Source of the DNA: Thermoanaerobaculia bacterium
Lineage (GTDB): Bacteria > Acidobacteriota > Thermoanaerobaculia > UBA5066
Assembly: GCA_963719225.1 (NCBI GenBank)
Contig: CAVRAY010000001.1
Span: 576,001 to 640,000, forward strand
Reading direction: 5' to 3'
Length of the DNA stretch: 64,000 nt
Position 1 is the first letter of the stretch. Every line of letters starts with the position of its first letter. Below the pieces are notes generated by a model. That model did no database searches. It was given only the letters and a program-made list of their open reading frames with translations, and was not told where the DNA came from. Shown piece after piece: positions 38,101 to 47,917 of this stretch. A program made the position numbers and the translations under genes.

Positions 38101-40037
38101 TCCTCGGCAATTTCGAGGCTCCCGACCTGACCGACGAACAGGCGAAGAAGCTGACCGATCTGGCCCGAGCCGCGCGCGGCGACATCCTCAAGATGACCAC
38201 GCTCGCGGCCTCCGGGCATCCCGGGGGCTCGATGTCCTCGCTCGAGTTCCTCCTGATCCTGTGGGGCTTCGGGAACTGCGATCCGAAAAACCCCTTCCAG
38301 AAGGCCCGCGACCGCGTCGTGATCAGCCACGGACACATTTCTCCCGGCTCCTACGCGGCGCTCGCGCGGCTCGGGTACTTCGATCCCTCGCTGCCTCTCC
38401 TCGGTTTCCGCCGCGGCGGCTCGCCGTTCGAGGGACACGTCGAACGGGACGTGCCGGGCATCGACTGGGGCACGGGCAACCTCGGGCAGGGCTTCTCGGC
38501 CGCCGTGGGGTTCGCGCTGGCGGCGAAGATCAAGGGGAACGGCGCGCGCGTGTTCTGCGGGATGGGAGACGGCGAGCAGCAGAAGGGCCAGCCCTCGGAG
38601 GCACGCCGATTCGCCGTGCGCTACGGCCTGACGAACCTCGTTGCCGTCCTCGACTGGAACCACCAGCAGCTCTCCGGAAGCAACGCGGACATCATGCCGC
38701 AGCACATCGTCGCCGACTGGGAGGCGGACGGCTGGGGGGTCATCGAGGTCGACGGCCACGACGTCAGGGCCGTATACCGTGCCGTCCGCGGGGCCCTCCA
38801 CGCGAGCCGCCCGACGCTCGTCGCCTGCCGCACGGTGATGTCGAAAGGCGTGCCCTTCATGGAGAAGGAAGGTTTCAAGTGGCACGGGGCGGCGCTGCCC
38901 CTCGACAAATGCCGCGAAGCGCTCGCGATCCTGGGCGTGACGGACGACCTCGACCACTGGATCGCCGAAAGGAAGAAGCCCGCGCCCGACTGGCACCGCG
39001 TCCTCCCGCACCGCCCGGACGAGGCGACCGTCCTCCCCGGGGGCGGCACGCCGCGGAGCTACGCGGCCGACGCGAAGACCGACAACCGGAGCGCGTTCGG
39101 AGCGGCGCTCGCCGATCTCGGGACCGTGTCGGCGTCGTCCGGCGTCCCGATGGCCGTTCTGGACTGCGACCTCTCCGTCTCGACGAAGACGGACAAGTTC
39201 CTCGAGACGCACCCGAAGAGCTTCTTCCAGGGGGGGATCGCCGAGCACAACGCGGCCGTCATCAACGGCGCCCTCTCCCTCGCCGGGGTCGCGGCCTGGT
39301 GGGGCGAGTTCGCGATGTTCGGGGTGGCCGAGTCTTACAACCAGCAGCGCCTGAACGACATCAACGGGGCGAACGCGAAGCTCGCCGTGACGCACTCCGG
39401 GATCGACGTCGGCGAGGACGGCAAGACGCACCATTCCATCGACTACTTCGCCCTCTTCAACTCCACGTTCGGCTGGAAGGTCTTCACGCCGGCGGATCCG
39501 AATCAGACCGACCGCGTCACGCGCTGGATGGCGACGCACCGCGGGAACCACGCGCTCGTCATGGGGCGCTCGAAGATCCCGGTCGCGCTCAAGGAGGACG
39601 GGAGCCCGTTCTTCGGGGGCGACTACGTCTTCGATCCGACCCGGGCCGACCGGATCCGCGAGGGCGAGGGCCTTTCCCTCGTCTGTGCCGGCAACGTGCT
39701 GTCCTACGCGCTGGATGCCTGGAACGCGCTCGCGAAGGAAGGAACGCGCGTCGACCTCGTCTCGGTGGCGGCGTGGAGCGACCTTTCGGACTCGGATCTC
39801 GCGCACATCGCGCGGCACGGGTCCGTGGTCACCGTCGAGGACCACAATCCCAGGACGGGTCTCGGGACATGGATCCAGGCTCGGCTCAACGATCTCGGCC
39901 TTGCCGCGCGCGTCAGGAAGATGGGTGTCACGTTCTATTCGTCGTCGGGACCCGCGAAGGAGCTGTACGCGCTCATGGGGCTCGACGGCCCCGCGATCGC
40001 CAAAACGGTCCGCGAGGCTCTGCCCGTGAAGCGCTGA
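38097..40037 (+). CDS. tkt: Transketolase
   Basis: GTGA overlap; SGHPGGSMS, TGNLGQG, GDGE ThDP motif, GEDGKTH. Confidence 0.92.
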   Translation: MILGNFEAPDLTDEQAKKLTDLARAARGDILKMTTLAASGHPGGSMSSLEFLLILWGFGNCDPKNPFQKARDRVVISHGHISPGSYAALARLGYFDPSLPLLGFRRGGSPFEGHVERDVPGIDWGTGNLGQGFSAAVGFALAAKIKGNGARVFCGMGDGEQQKGQPSEARRFAVRYGLTNLVAVLDWNHQQLSGSNADIMPQHIVADWEADGWGVIEVDGHDVRAVYRAVRGALHASRPTLVACRTVMSKGVPFMEKEGFKWHGAALPLDKCREALAILGVTDDLDHWIAERKKPAPDWHRVLPHRPDEATVLPGGGTPRSYAADAKTDNRSAFGAALADLGTVSASSGVPMAVLDCDLSVSTKTDKFLETHPKSFFQGGIAEHNAAVINGALSLAGVAAWWGEFAMFGVAESYNQQRLNDINGANAKLAVTHSGIDVGEDGKTHHSIDYFALFNSTFGWKVFTPADPNQTDRVTRWMATHRGNHALVMGRSKIPVALKEDGSPFFGGDYVFDPTRADRIREGEGLSLVCAGNVLSYALDAWNALAKEGTRVDLVSVAAWSDLSDSDLAHIARHGSVVTVEDHNPRTGLGTWIQARLNDLGLAARVRKMGVTFYSSSGPAKELYALMGLDGPAIAKTVREALPVKR

Positions 40038-40054
40038 CAGCCGGAGAGAACGAG

Positions 40055-41560
40055 ATGTCCAGCCCGATTCCGACCGACCCCGCGACGATCGTCATCTTCG
40101 GAGGATCCGGAGACCTCAGCAAGCGGAAGCTGGTGCCCGCGCTCTTCGAGCTCGACCGCGAAAAGCAGCTTCCTCCCGCGACGGCCATCGTCGGGTACGC
40201 GCGGACGGGCGAGTCCGACGACACCTATCGCGCCGAGATGAAGGCCGCGGTCGCCGAGTTCGCACGCACGAAACCCGTCGACGAAGCGGTCTGGAACAGC
40301 TTCGCCTCCAGGCTCTTCTTCTTTCGAGGCGATCTGAAGATTCCGAAGAACTATGCCGACCTCAAGGCGCGCCTCGACTCGATCGAGAAGGAAAGGGGCC
40401 TTCCGGGAAACCGGCTCTTCTACCTCGCGATCCCACCTTCTTCGATCGGCCTCGTCGTCGCCAACCTCGGCCAGGCGGGCTTCGTGTACCGGATCGACGG
40501 CGGCCCGTGGTCGCGCGTCATCGTGGAAAAGCCCTTCGGGCGCGATCTCGAGACGGCCCGCGCGCTGAACGAGGAGCTGTCCCAGGTCTTCCGCGAGCGG
40601 CAGATCTTCCGGATCGACCACTATCTCGGCAAGGAGACGACGCAGAACATCCTCGTCCTGAGGCTCGGAAACGGCATTTTCGAGCCGCTCTGGAACCGCC
40701 GCTACGTCGACCACGTGCAGATCACCGTCGCCGAGTGCATCGGCGTCGAGAACCGCGGGAAGTTCTACGAGGAAGCGGGAGTCCTCCGCGACATCATCCA
40801 GAACCACGTCCTCCAGCTCCTGTGTCTCGTCGCGATGGAGCCGCCCGTCGCCTTCGATCCGAACGCCGTGCGCGACGAGAAGGTGAAAGTGCTGAGGTCG
40901 ATCCAGCCGCAGTCCCCCGAGGAGATCCTGCGCGACAGCGTGCGCGGACAGTACGGACCGGGCGCGGTGGAAGGCCAGACGGTCGTGGGCTATCGCCAGG
41001 AGAAGGACGTCAACCCGATGTCACTCCGTGAAACGTACGCGGCCTGGAAGGTGCAGATCGAGAACTGGAGGTGGGCGGGAGTCCCGTTCTACCTGCGCGC
41101 CGGAAAACGGCTCGCCAAGCGCGTTACCGAGATCGCGATCCAGTTCAAGACCCCGCCGATCGCCCTCTTCCGCCAGGTCGGCGTCATCCGGCAGGAGCCG
41201 AACGTCCTCGTCCTGCGCATCCAGCCCGACGAGGGCATCGCCCTGAAGTTCGGGGCGAAGGAACCGGGGCCCGTGACGAAGATCGACCCCGTGACGATGG
41301 ACTTCCGCTACAGCGAGTTCTTCGGCGCGTCGCAGCCCGAAGCGTACGAACGACTCCTCATGGACGCCATCCACGGCGACTCCACGCTCTTCGCGCGGCG
41401 GGACGAGGTCGAGGCGGCCTGGGAGCACGTGACGCCTCTTCTCGACGTGTGGCGCGACAACCCGCCTCTCGACCACCCGAACTACGAAGCGGGCACGTGG
41501 GGACCCGACGCGTCGGTGGCTCTCCTGGCGAGGGACGGGAGACGTTGGCGAAGGCCGTGA
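40055..41560 (+). CDS. zwf: Glucose-6-phosphate dehydrogenase
   Basis: GGSGDL, EKPFG, RIDHYLGKE, RWAGVPFY. Confidence 0.95.
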   Translation: MSSPIPTDPATIVIFGGSGDLSKRKLVPALFELDREKQLPPATAIVGYARTGESDDTYRAEMKAAVAEFARTKPVDEAVWNSFASRLFFFRGDLKIPKNYADLKARLDSIEKERGLPGNRLFYLAIPPSSIGLVVANLGQAGFVYRIDGGPWSRVIVEKPFGRDLETARALNEELSQVFRERQIFRIDHYLGKETTQNILVLRLGNGIFEPLWNRRYVDHVQITVAECIGVENRGKFYEEAGVLRDIIQNHVLQLLCLVAMEPPVAFDPNAVRDEKVKVLRSIQPQSPEEILRDSVRGQYGPGAVEGQTVVGYRQEKDVNPMSLRETYAAWKVQIENWRWAGVPFYLRAGKRLAKRVTEIAIQFKTPPIALFRQVGVIRQEPNVLVLRIQPDEGIALKFGAKEPGPVTKIDPVTMDFRYSEFFGASQPEAYERLLMDAIHGDSTLFARRDEVEAAWEHVTPLLDVWRDNPPLDHPNYEAGTWGPDASVALLARDGRRWRRP

Positions 41561-42321
41561 AGGAAGTCCTCGCGTTCGGTACGGCAGACGACGTCGCGGA
41601 CGCGGCGGCTTTTCTCTTCGTGAACCTCGCAGACCAGGCGGTCGAGGAACGGGGAAGATTCTTCGTCTCCCTCGCCGGGGGAACCACACCGATTTCGAGC
41701 TATCGGGTTCTCGGGGCGCCATTGATTTCCTCGAGAGTGAATTGGGAACAGACGCACGTCTTCTGGAGCGACGAAAGGTGCGTTCCCGAGGGCCATCCGG
41801 ACCGGAACGACGAGGCTGCACTCGAGGCGTTCCTGCGAGAAGTCCCGCTTCCTTCGAAGAATATCCACCGCATCGCGGCGACGGAGCCGGACGCGGCGGA
41901 GCGCTATGAATCCGACCTGCGCGGGACTCTTTCCGGCGCCTCCTCCTCGAAAGGAATTCCACGTTTCGACCTCGTGCTCCTCGGCCTCGGGCCGGACGGC
42001 CATACCGCCTCCCTGTTTCCCGGGCACGCCTCTCTGGAAGAAAAGCAACGGCTCGTGCTGCGGATCGACGACGCGCCGAAGCCGCCTCCTTCGCGCATCA
42101 CGTTCACGCTGCCGCTCCTGAACGCCGCGCGCCACGTGGCTCTTCTCGTCACGGGGAAGGACAAGGCGCAGGCTCTCGCGCGCGTCCTCGCCGACGACGA
42201 GGCGCTGCCGGCTTCGCGACTCGACCCGGACGGCACGCTCACGATCCTCGCGGACTCCGGCGCTCTCTCCCAGTCGAAGGACCTTCCCCGCCCGGCCGCC
42301 TCGAGCCCCGCGGACCGATGA
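41557..42321 (+). CDS. pgl: 6-phosphogluconolactonase
   Basis: AGGTTP, SDERCV, LGLGPDGHTASLFP. Confidence 0.92.
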   Translation: MKEVLAFGTADDVADAAAFLFVNLADQAVEERGRFFVSLAGGTTPISSYRVLGAPLISSRVNWEQTHVFWSDERCVPEGHPDRNDEAALEAFLREVPLPSKNIHRIAATEPDAAERYESDLRGTLSGASSSKGIPRFDLVLLGLGPDGHTASLFPGHASLEEKQRLVLRIDDAPKPPPSRITFTLPLLNAARHVALLVTGKDKAQALARVLADDEALPASRLDPDGTLTILADSGALSQSKDLPRPAASSPADR

Positions 42322-43301
42322 TCCTCGCTGGCGACATCGGCGGCACGAACGTACGTCTCGCGCTCTTCGAGATCGAAGCGGGAATCCTCGTTCGAAAGGA
42401 CGAGAGGAAGTTCGGGAGCCGGGAGGTCCCGGGACTCGAGGGCCCCGTCGAGGCGTTTCTCCAGGGCCGGCGCGTGGAAGCCGCCGGCTTCGGCGTCGCC
42501 GGACCCGTGCGCGACGGGCGCTGCGAGGCCACGAACCTGCCCTGGGTCGTGGACGCCGCCCGTCTCGCAGGTCAGCTCGCGCTTCGACACGTGGCGCTCG
42601 TGAACGACCTCTTCGCGAACGCGCTCGGTCTCGCGGAGCTCTCCGGCGAAGACTTCGCCGTCGTGAACGCGGGGACTCCTGACCCGCAGGGCGCCGCGGC
42701 CCTCATCTCGGCCGGGACCGGCCTCGGAGAGGCTTACCTCGTGAGGCGCGGCGGCCGTCTCGTGCCGCAGTCCTCCGAGGGCGGACACGCGTCGTTCGCG
42801 CCGCGCAATCCGTTCGAGATCGAGCTCCTGAAGCACCTCCATCGCACGTACAGCCACGTCTCCTTCGAGAGAGTTCTCTCGGGCCCGGGCCTCGCCGCGT
42901 TGTACGCGTTCGAGCGCTACTGCTCTCAGGAGGCCGAGCCGGGCTGGCTTTCGGCCGAGATCGCCGCGGCCGGCGACGCCGCGCCCGCCGTGACGGCGGC
43001 AGCCCTCTCGGGTAAGGACGCGGTGGCCGAACGGACGCTCGAGCACTTCGTTTCGATCTATGGCGGCGAGGCCGGGAACCTCGCGCTCAAGGTCCTCGCG
43101 ACGGGCGGCGTCTACGTGGGCGGCGGAATCGCTCCTCGGGTCCTGCCCAGGCTTCTCGACGGGACGTTTTTCGGGGCTTTCTGCGACAAGGGGCGCTTCG
43201 CGGCGCTTCTTGCGAGAATTCCGATCAAGGTCGTGGTCAACGACGCGTGCGCGCTCTTCGGCGCGGCGCGCCTCGGAGCCGAGTCCGGAGGAGCCGCGTG
43301 A
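42318..43301 (+). CDS. glk: Glucokinase
   Basis: GDIGGTN, TNLPW, GTGLG, SEGGH, ERVLSGPG. Confidence 0.92.
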   Translation: MILAGDIGGTNVRLALFEIEAGILVRKDERKFGSREVPGLEGPVEAFLQGRRVEAAGFGVAGPVRDGRCEATNLPWVVDAARLAGQLALRHVALVNDLFANALGLAELSGEDFAVVNAGTPDPQGAAALISAGTGLGEAYLVRRGGRLVPQSSEGGHASFAPRNPFEIELLKHLHRTYSHVSFERVLSGPGLAALYAFERYCSQEAEPGWLSAEIAAAGDAAPAVTAAALSGKDAVAERTLEHFVSIYGGEAGNLALKVLATGGVYVGGGIAPRVLPRLLDGTFFGAFCDKGRFAALLARIPIKVVVNDACALFGAARLGAESGGAA

Positions 43302-44503
43302 AAAAAATAGGCGTCATCACCAGCGGAGGCGACGGCGGCGGCTTGAACGCCGTGATCAAGGGAGTCGCGCGCGAGGCCGCGAATCACGGCGTCGAGACGG
43401 TCGTCATCCCGAACGGGTACGCGGGGCTCTACAACCTCGTGGATCTGCCGGAGCTGGCGGTCCTGGACGGCAAGCGGCTGCTCCGCATCGACGCCGCGCA
43501 GGCCGGCTCCGAAGCCGGCCATTCGCGCGTGAAGATCTCGAAGATCGCCGATCCCGCCAAGTACGAGCGCATCAAGGAAGGCCTGAAGAAGTTCGGCATC
43601 GACGCCCTCGTCATCAGCGGCGGCGACGACACGGGCAGCGTCGCCGTGGACCTTTCCTCCCGCGGAATTCCCTGCGTGCACGCGCCGAAGACGATGGACC
43701 TCGACCTGCAGACCTACAGCGTGGGCGGCGACTCGGCGGTGACGCGGATCGCACAGTTCTGCAACGACCTGAAGACGACGGGCCTCTCGCACAACCGGAT
43801 CCTCGTGGTGGAAGTCTTCGGCCGCTACGTCGGCCACACGGCCTTTCGCGGCGGCACCGGCGCCGAGGCCGACTGCATCCTCATCCCCGAGATTCCCGTC
43901 GACTTCGACGTCGTCTACGACCACCTGAAAGAGACTTATTGCGCGCGCGTGGAGAAGAGCGACGTGAAGGCGGGCACGTACCTCATCGTCGTGGCAGAGG
44001 GTCTTCGCAAGGCCGACGGAGAAAACCTCTACGACGAGACGGCGGGAATGGACGCATTCGGCCACAAGCGCCTCGCGGGCGCGGGGAGGTACGTCCGGCA
44101 GGAGCTGGAAAGGCGCCTCGAGGCCGATCCCGGGATCGCGGACTTCATGAAACGCACCGGACAATACGTCCAGGGCGTCTACACCTCTCCGGAGGTTCGC
44201 GAGGTCGCGCCCGGCCATCTGGTTCGCTCGGGCCCGTCCTCGGCCTTCGACGTGAACTTCGGAACCATGGCGGGCGCCGCGGCGGTGCTTCTTCTCCTGA
44301 AGGGGTTCGCGGGGAACACCGTCGTCTCCGTGGTCGGAAACCGGCTTTCGTACATGCCGACGGCGCAGGCCATCCTGCGGCGCGAGGTGGATGTCGCGGA
44401 GCTGGCCCTCTTCGAGAGTCTCGGAGTGTGCTTCGGAAGGAAGCCTTCCGCGTGGGAGCCCGAGATCGCGCTCGCGACGCCGGTGGTTCCGAGACATCTC
44501 TAG
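43298..44503 (+). CDS. 6-phosphofructokinase, probably PPi-dependent
   Basis: TSGGD, GGDDT (Asp) and PKTMD (Lys) PPi-type signatures, EVFGR. Confidence 0.85.
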   Translation: MKKIGVITSGGDGGGLNAVIKGVAREAANHGVETVVIPNGYAGLYNLVDLPELAVLDGKRLLRIDAAQAGSEAGHSRVKISKIADPAKYERIKEGLKKFGIDALVISGGDDTGSVAVDLSSRGIPCVHAPKTMDLDLQTYSVGGDSAVTRIAQFCNDLKTTGLSHNRILVVEVFGRYVGHTAFRGGTGAEADCILIPEIPVDFDVVYDHLKETYCARVEKSDVKAGTYLIVVAEGLRKADGENLYDETAGMDAFGHKRLAGAGRYVRQELERRLEADPGIADFMKRTGQYVQGVYTSPEVREVAPGHLVRSGPSSAFDVNFGTMAGAAAVLLLLKGFAGNTVVSVVGNRLSYMPTAQAILRREVDVAELALFESLGVCFGRKPSAWEPEIALATPVVPRHL

Positions 44504-44504
44504 A

Positions 44505-44990
44505 ATGAAGAAGACCCCGTCCGCGCTGCTGACCGGAGTCCTGTCTTCGATCGTCGCCTTCGCCGGGTGTCAATCTGCGACGGTTTCGGCGCCTCCTTCG
44601 GCCGCGACCGCGCCTGTTCAGAGAGAAAGGATGAGCAACATGATCTCGACTCCCTCAGGGCTCCAGTACGAGGACACGAAGGAAGGCACGGGGGCTTCGC
44701 CGAAGAGCGGCCAGACGTGCGTGATGCACTACACGGGCTGGCTTTGGGAGAAGGGCGCAAAGGGCGCTAAGTTCGACAGCTCGCTCGACAGGGGTCAGCC
44801 CTTCGAGTTTCCGTTGGGCCAGGGGCGCGTCATCAGGGGCTGGGACGAGGGCGTCGCCACGATGAAGGTCGGCGGCAAGCGGACTCTCCTGATTCCTCCG
44901 GACCTGGCCTACGGCGCCCGCGCCGTCGGCGGCGTCATCCCCGCGAACGCGACGCTGCTTTTCGAGGTGGAACTGGTTGGAATCAAATAG
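44505..44990 (+). CDS. FKBP-type peptidyl-prolyl isomerase (possible lipoprotein)
   Basis: HYTGWL, FDSS, VIRGWDEG, LAYG; lipobox FAGC; alternative internal ATG 44631. Confidence 0.92.
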   Translation: MKKTPSALLTGVLSSIVAFAGCQSATVSAPPSAATAPVQRERMSNMISTPSGLQYEDTKEGTGASPKSGQTCVMHYTGWLWEKGAKGAKFDSSLDRGQPFEFPLGQGRVIRGWDEGVATMKVGGKRTLLIPPDLAYGARAVGGVIPANATLLFEVELVGIK

Positions 44991-45082
44991 CACACCCTAA
45001 TCAGGTGTCTTCTTTCGGGGACCCCTACATTTCGATGGTGGGGCCTCCCGGCAGGGGAAAGTGCCCCGCCGGAGGGTTTCCA

Positions 45083-46423
45083 ATGCGGAGTCCCGTGAGG
45101 CGTGTCGTCATTCTCGGTGCGGCAGGCCGCGATTTCCACGATTTCAATACGGTTTTCCGGGACAAGCCCGACCATCGGGTCGTCGCCTTCACGGCGACGC
45201 AGATCCCGGGCATCGAGGGCCGCCGCTATCCGTCATCCCTTGCGCGATCGCTCTACCCGGACGGCATTCCGATCGTGGCCGAAGACGAGCTCGAAGATCT
45301 GATCCGCCGCGAGAAGGTCGACCTCTGTGTCTTCTCGTACTCGGACGTGGCGCACACGCAGGTCATGCACCTCGCTTCTCGTGTCATCGCGGCGGGAGCG
45401 GACTTCCTCTTCCTGGGCGCGAACCGGACGATGTTGAAGTCGAAGGTCACCGTCATCGCCGTCACGGCCGTGAGGACGGGAGCGGGCAAGAGCCAGACGA
45501 CGCGGTACCTCTCGAGGATCCTGAAAGAGCGCGGGCTCTCCGTCGTCGCGGTCCGCCACCCGATGCCGTACGGGGATCTTGCGATCCAGGCCTGCCAGCG
45601 CTTCGCGAAGTACGCGGACCTCGACCGCGAGAAGTGCACGATCGAGGAGCGCGAGGAGTACGAGCCGCATCTCGACAACGGCTTCGTCGTGTACGCGGGC
45701 GTCGACTACGCCCAGATCCTGAAACGCGCCGAGGCGGAGGCCGACGTCATTCTCTGGGACGGCGGAAACAACGACCTGCCGTTCTATGCGCCCGATCTCC
45801 ACATCTGCATCGCGGATCCCCATCGCCCCGGCCACGAGACCGCCTACCACCCGGGCGAGGCGAACTTCCGGCGAGCCGACGTCATTCTCATCAACAAGTG
45901 CGACACGGCGGACAAAGGGAACATCCACGCGATCGAGACCGCGGCCGCGAAGCTGAACCCGAAGGCGCGCGTCCTTCGAACGAACTCGCCGGTCGTCTGC
46001 GAGAGGCCCGAGCTCGTGAGGGACAAGCGCGCCCTCGTCGTCGAGGACGGTCCGACGCTGACGCATGGCGGCATGACCTTCGGAGCCGGCCTCGTCGCGG
46101 CCAGGAGGGCCGGCGCGGCGGTGATCGTGGATCCGAAGCCGTACGCCGTCGGCACGATCGCCGAGACCTTCCGGAAATACCCGAACGCGGCGGGAATTCT
46201 TCCCGCGATGGGCTACGGCGACGCGCAGGTGGCCGAGCTCGCCGAGACGATCGCACGGACTCCCTGCGACGTCGTCGTCGTCGGGACCCCGATCGACCTG
46301 ACGCGCGTGGTGAGGCTCGACAAGCCCGCCGTGCGCGCGCAGTACGAGCTCCAGGAGGTCGTTCCGGGGCGCCTCGCCGAAGAGATCGAACGCGCCATGC
46401 CGGCGGCCGTCGCCGTGTGGTAG
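45083..46423 (+). CDS. COG2403 P-loop protein (cDPG synthase-like / arginine synthetase ArcE-like)
   Basis: GAAGRDFH, RTGAGKSQT, RHPMPYG, CTIEEREEYE, WDGGNND, EDGPTLTHG. Confidence 0.8.
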   Translation: MRSPVRRVVILGAAGRDFHDFNTVFRDKPDHRVVAFTATQIPGIEGRRYPSSLARSLYPDGIPIVAEDELEDLIRREKVDLCVFSYSDVAHTQVMHLASRVIAAGADFLFLGANRTMLKSKVTVIAVTAVRTGAGKSQTTRYLSRILKERGLSVVAVRHPMPYGDLAIQACQRFAKYADLDREKCTIEEREEYEPHLDNGFVVYAGVDYAQILKRAEAEADVILWDGGNNDLPFYAPDLHICIADPHRPGHETAYHPGEANFRRADVILINKCDTADKGNIHAIETAAAKLNPKARVLRTNSPVVCERPELVRDKRALVVEDGPTLTHGGMTFGAGLVAARRAGAAVIVDPKPYAVGTIAETFRKYPNAAGILPAMGYGDAQVAELAETIARTPCDVVVVGTPIDLTRVVRLDKPAVRAQYELQEVVPGRLAEEIERAMPAAVAVW

Positions 46424-46477
46424 GTCCGCAGCCGTAGCGGTTTCGGGAAAGTCGCGCGGGCTTTATAGTCCGGCGCG

Positions 46478-46906
46478 ATGCTCCTTCTCTCGCGCACGAT
46501 TCACTTCAACGCGGCGCATCGCCTCTTCAACCCGGCGAAGAGCGAGGAGTGGAACCGCGGGACGTACGGAGATGCGTCGAACCCCGCCGGTTATGGCCAC
46601 AACTACACGCTCGAGGTGTCCGTCGCGGGCACCGCCGACGCCGACTCGGCCATGATCGTGAATCTCACGGATCTCGACCGCATCCTGAAGGAGGAAGTCG
46701 ATCGCCCGCTCGACCACCGGAACCTCAACGAGGAGATCGCGGAGTTCGCGACGCGCGTCCCGACGGCTGAAAACCTCGCGCGGTGGATCTGGGATCACGT
46801 GGCCGCGCGGATCGAGAGGGAGCGGTGGCCCTGCCGCCTCGCGACGCTGAAACTCACGATCACGCCAACCTTCTCGGTCGAGATGGTTTCGGAAGAGATG
46901 ACGTAG
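46478..46906 (+). CDS. 6-pyruvoyl-tetrahydropterin synthase/QueD-family protein with a degenerate active site
   Basis: FNAAHRL, GHNY, LDHRNLN, PTAENLA. Confidence 0.8.
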   Translation: MLLLSRTIHFNAAHRLFNPAKSEEWNRGTYGDASNPAGYGHNYTLEVSVAGTADADSAMIVNLTDLDRILKEEVDRPLDHRNLNEEIAEFATRVPTAENLARWIWDHVAARIERERWPCRLATLKLTITPTFSVEMVSEEMT

Positions 46907-47016
46907 AGAAGAAGAAGACCGGGGATTTTCTTAGAAGGGTGAGTGGGGGCGACGCGCGGGACAGGCCTCGCTGGTTCCTCGAGCGGCTCAGCAGCGATTG
47001 CCCTTCTGAGAAATTT
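46907..47016. repeat. Convergent motif pair (intergenic)
   Basis: + AGAAGAAGAAGACCGGGGATTTTCTTAGAAGGG; - AAATTTCTCAGAAGGG. Confidence 0.65.
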
Positions 47017-47050
47017 GCAGACCGGTTCAATCGCAGGAGCCGGTCTTATC

Positions 47051-47872
47051 TTAGAGAGGGTGCCTCCTTCTCTCTCTCTTCCTAAAACTCAAATGTTCTC
47101 TTGCCCCTGCCGCATGCGCGGCGGCTTCGATCTTGTCGCGGCCCCACGCGACTTCGGCCGGCGCGTGCGCGTCCGACGAGAAAACGATCGGAACGCGCGC
47201 CTCGACGAGGCTGCGGAGCAGCGGCGGAGCCGGATACTCCTCGCCGACCGCTTTCCGGAGGCCCGCGCTCGAGACCTCGATCGAGACGCCGGCGTCCCGC
47301 GCGGCGGCCACGGCCGCGTCCTGGGCATCCTGCAGGTCCGCCGGCATGCGGTGGCCGAACTTCTTCGGGAGGTCGAAGTGCGTGAGGACGTCGAAGAGCC
47401 CGCTCTTCGCCGCCTTCGCGAGCAACCGGTAGTACTCGCGCCAGAGAATTTCCGTCCCCTCGGTCGCGTGCCTCTTCGCGGAGCCGGGAGCGTCGATCCA
47501 GTCGCCGGCGACCCAGTGCACGGAACCGAGGACGACGTCCCAGTCGTGGGCGCGGAGAATCTCCTCGAGCGCGGCCTCGTGGCCTTCCGCGTAGTCGGCT
47601 TCGAGGCCGAGCAGGATGTCGATCCGGCCCGCGAACTCCTCCTTCAGGGCTCGGACCTCCTCGACGTATCCGGGCAGCTCCGCGCGTGTCATCGCGATAG
47701 AGGGATCGGGATCGTCTCCCGGAAGGAAGTAGAGAGGAATGTGGTCCGTGAAGGCGATCTCGGCCAGGCCCTTTTCCAGCGCCGTCTGGATGTACCCCCG
47801 CATCTCGCCGCCGGCATGCCCGCAGCGGGCCGTGTGGACGTGGTAGTCGGTCTGGTACGCGCCCGGTCGCAT
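47051..47872 (-). CDS. Histidinol-phosphatase HisJ (PHP family)
   Basis: DYHVHT..CGHA, FTDH, GSVH, THFDLPK, SDAH. Confidence 0.88.
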   Translation of the reverse strand: MRPGAYQTDYHVHTARCGHAGGEMRGYIQTALEKGLAEIAFTDHIPLYFLPGDDPDPSIAMTRAELPGYVEEVRALKEEFAGRIDILLGLEADYAEGHEAALEEILRAHDWDVVLGSVHWVAGDWIDAPGSAKRHATEGTEILWREYYRLLAKAAKSGLFDVLTHFDLPKKFGHRMPADLQDAQDAAVAAARDAGVSIEVSSAGLRKAVGEEYPAPPLLRSLVEARVPIVFSSDAHAPAEVAWGRDKIEAAAHAAGAREHLSFRKRERRRHPL

Positions 47873-47917
47873 CGAAGTCCCGCGCTCCGAGTGTAGTCTT
47901 GGGCCGAAGGGGAGCGC

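Noticed and set aside
46907-47090. CRISPR array, integron attC or dif site as the explanation for the motif pairs
   Set aside because: No regularly spaced direct repeats, no GTTRRRY/RYYYAAC ends, no XerC/D arms, and no cas, integrase or transposase gene in the window.
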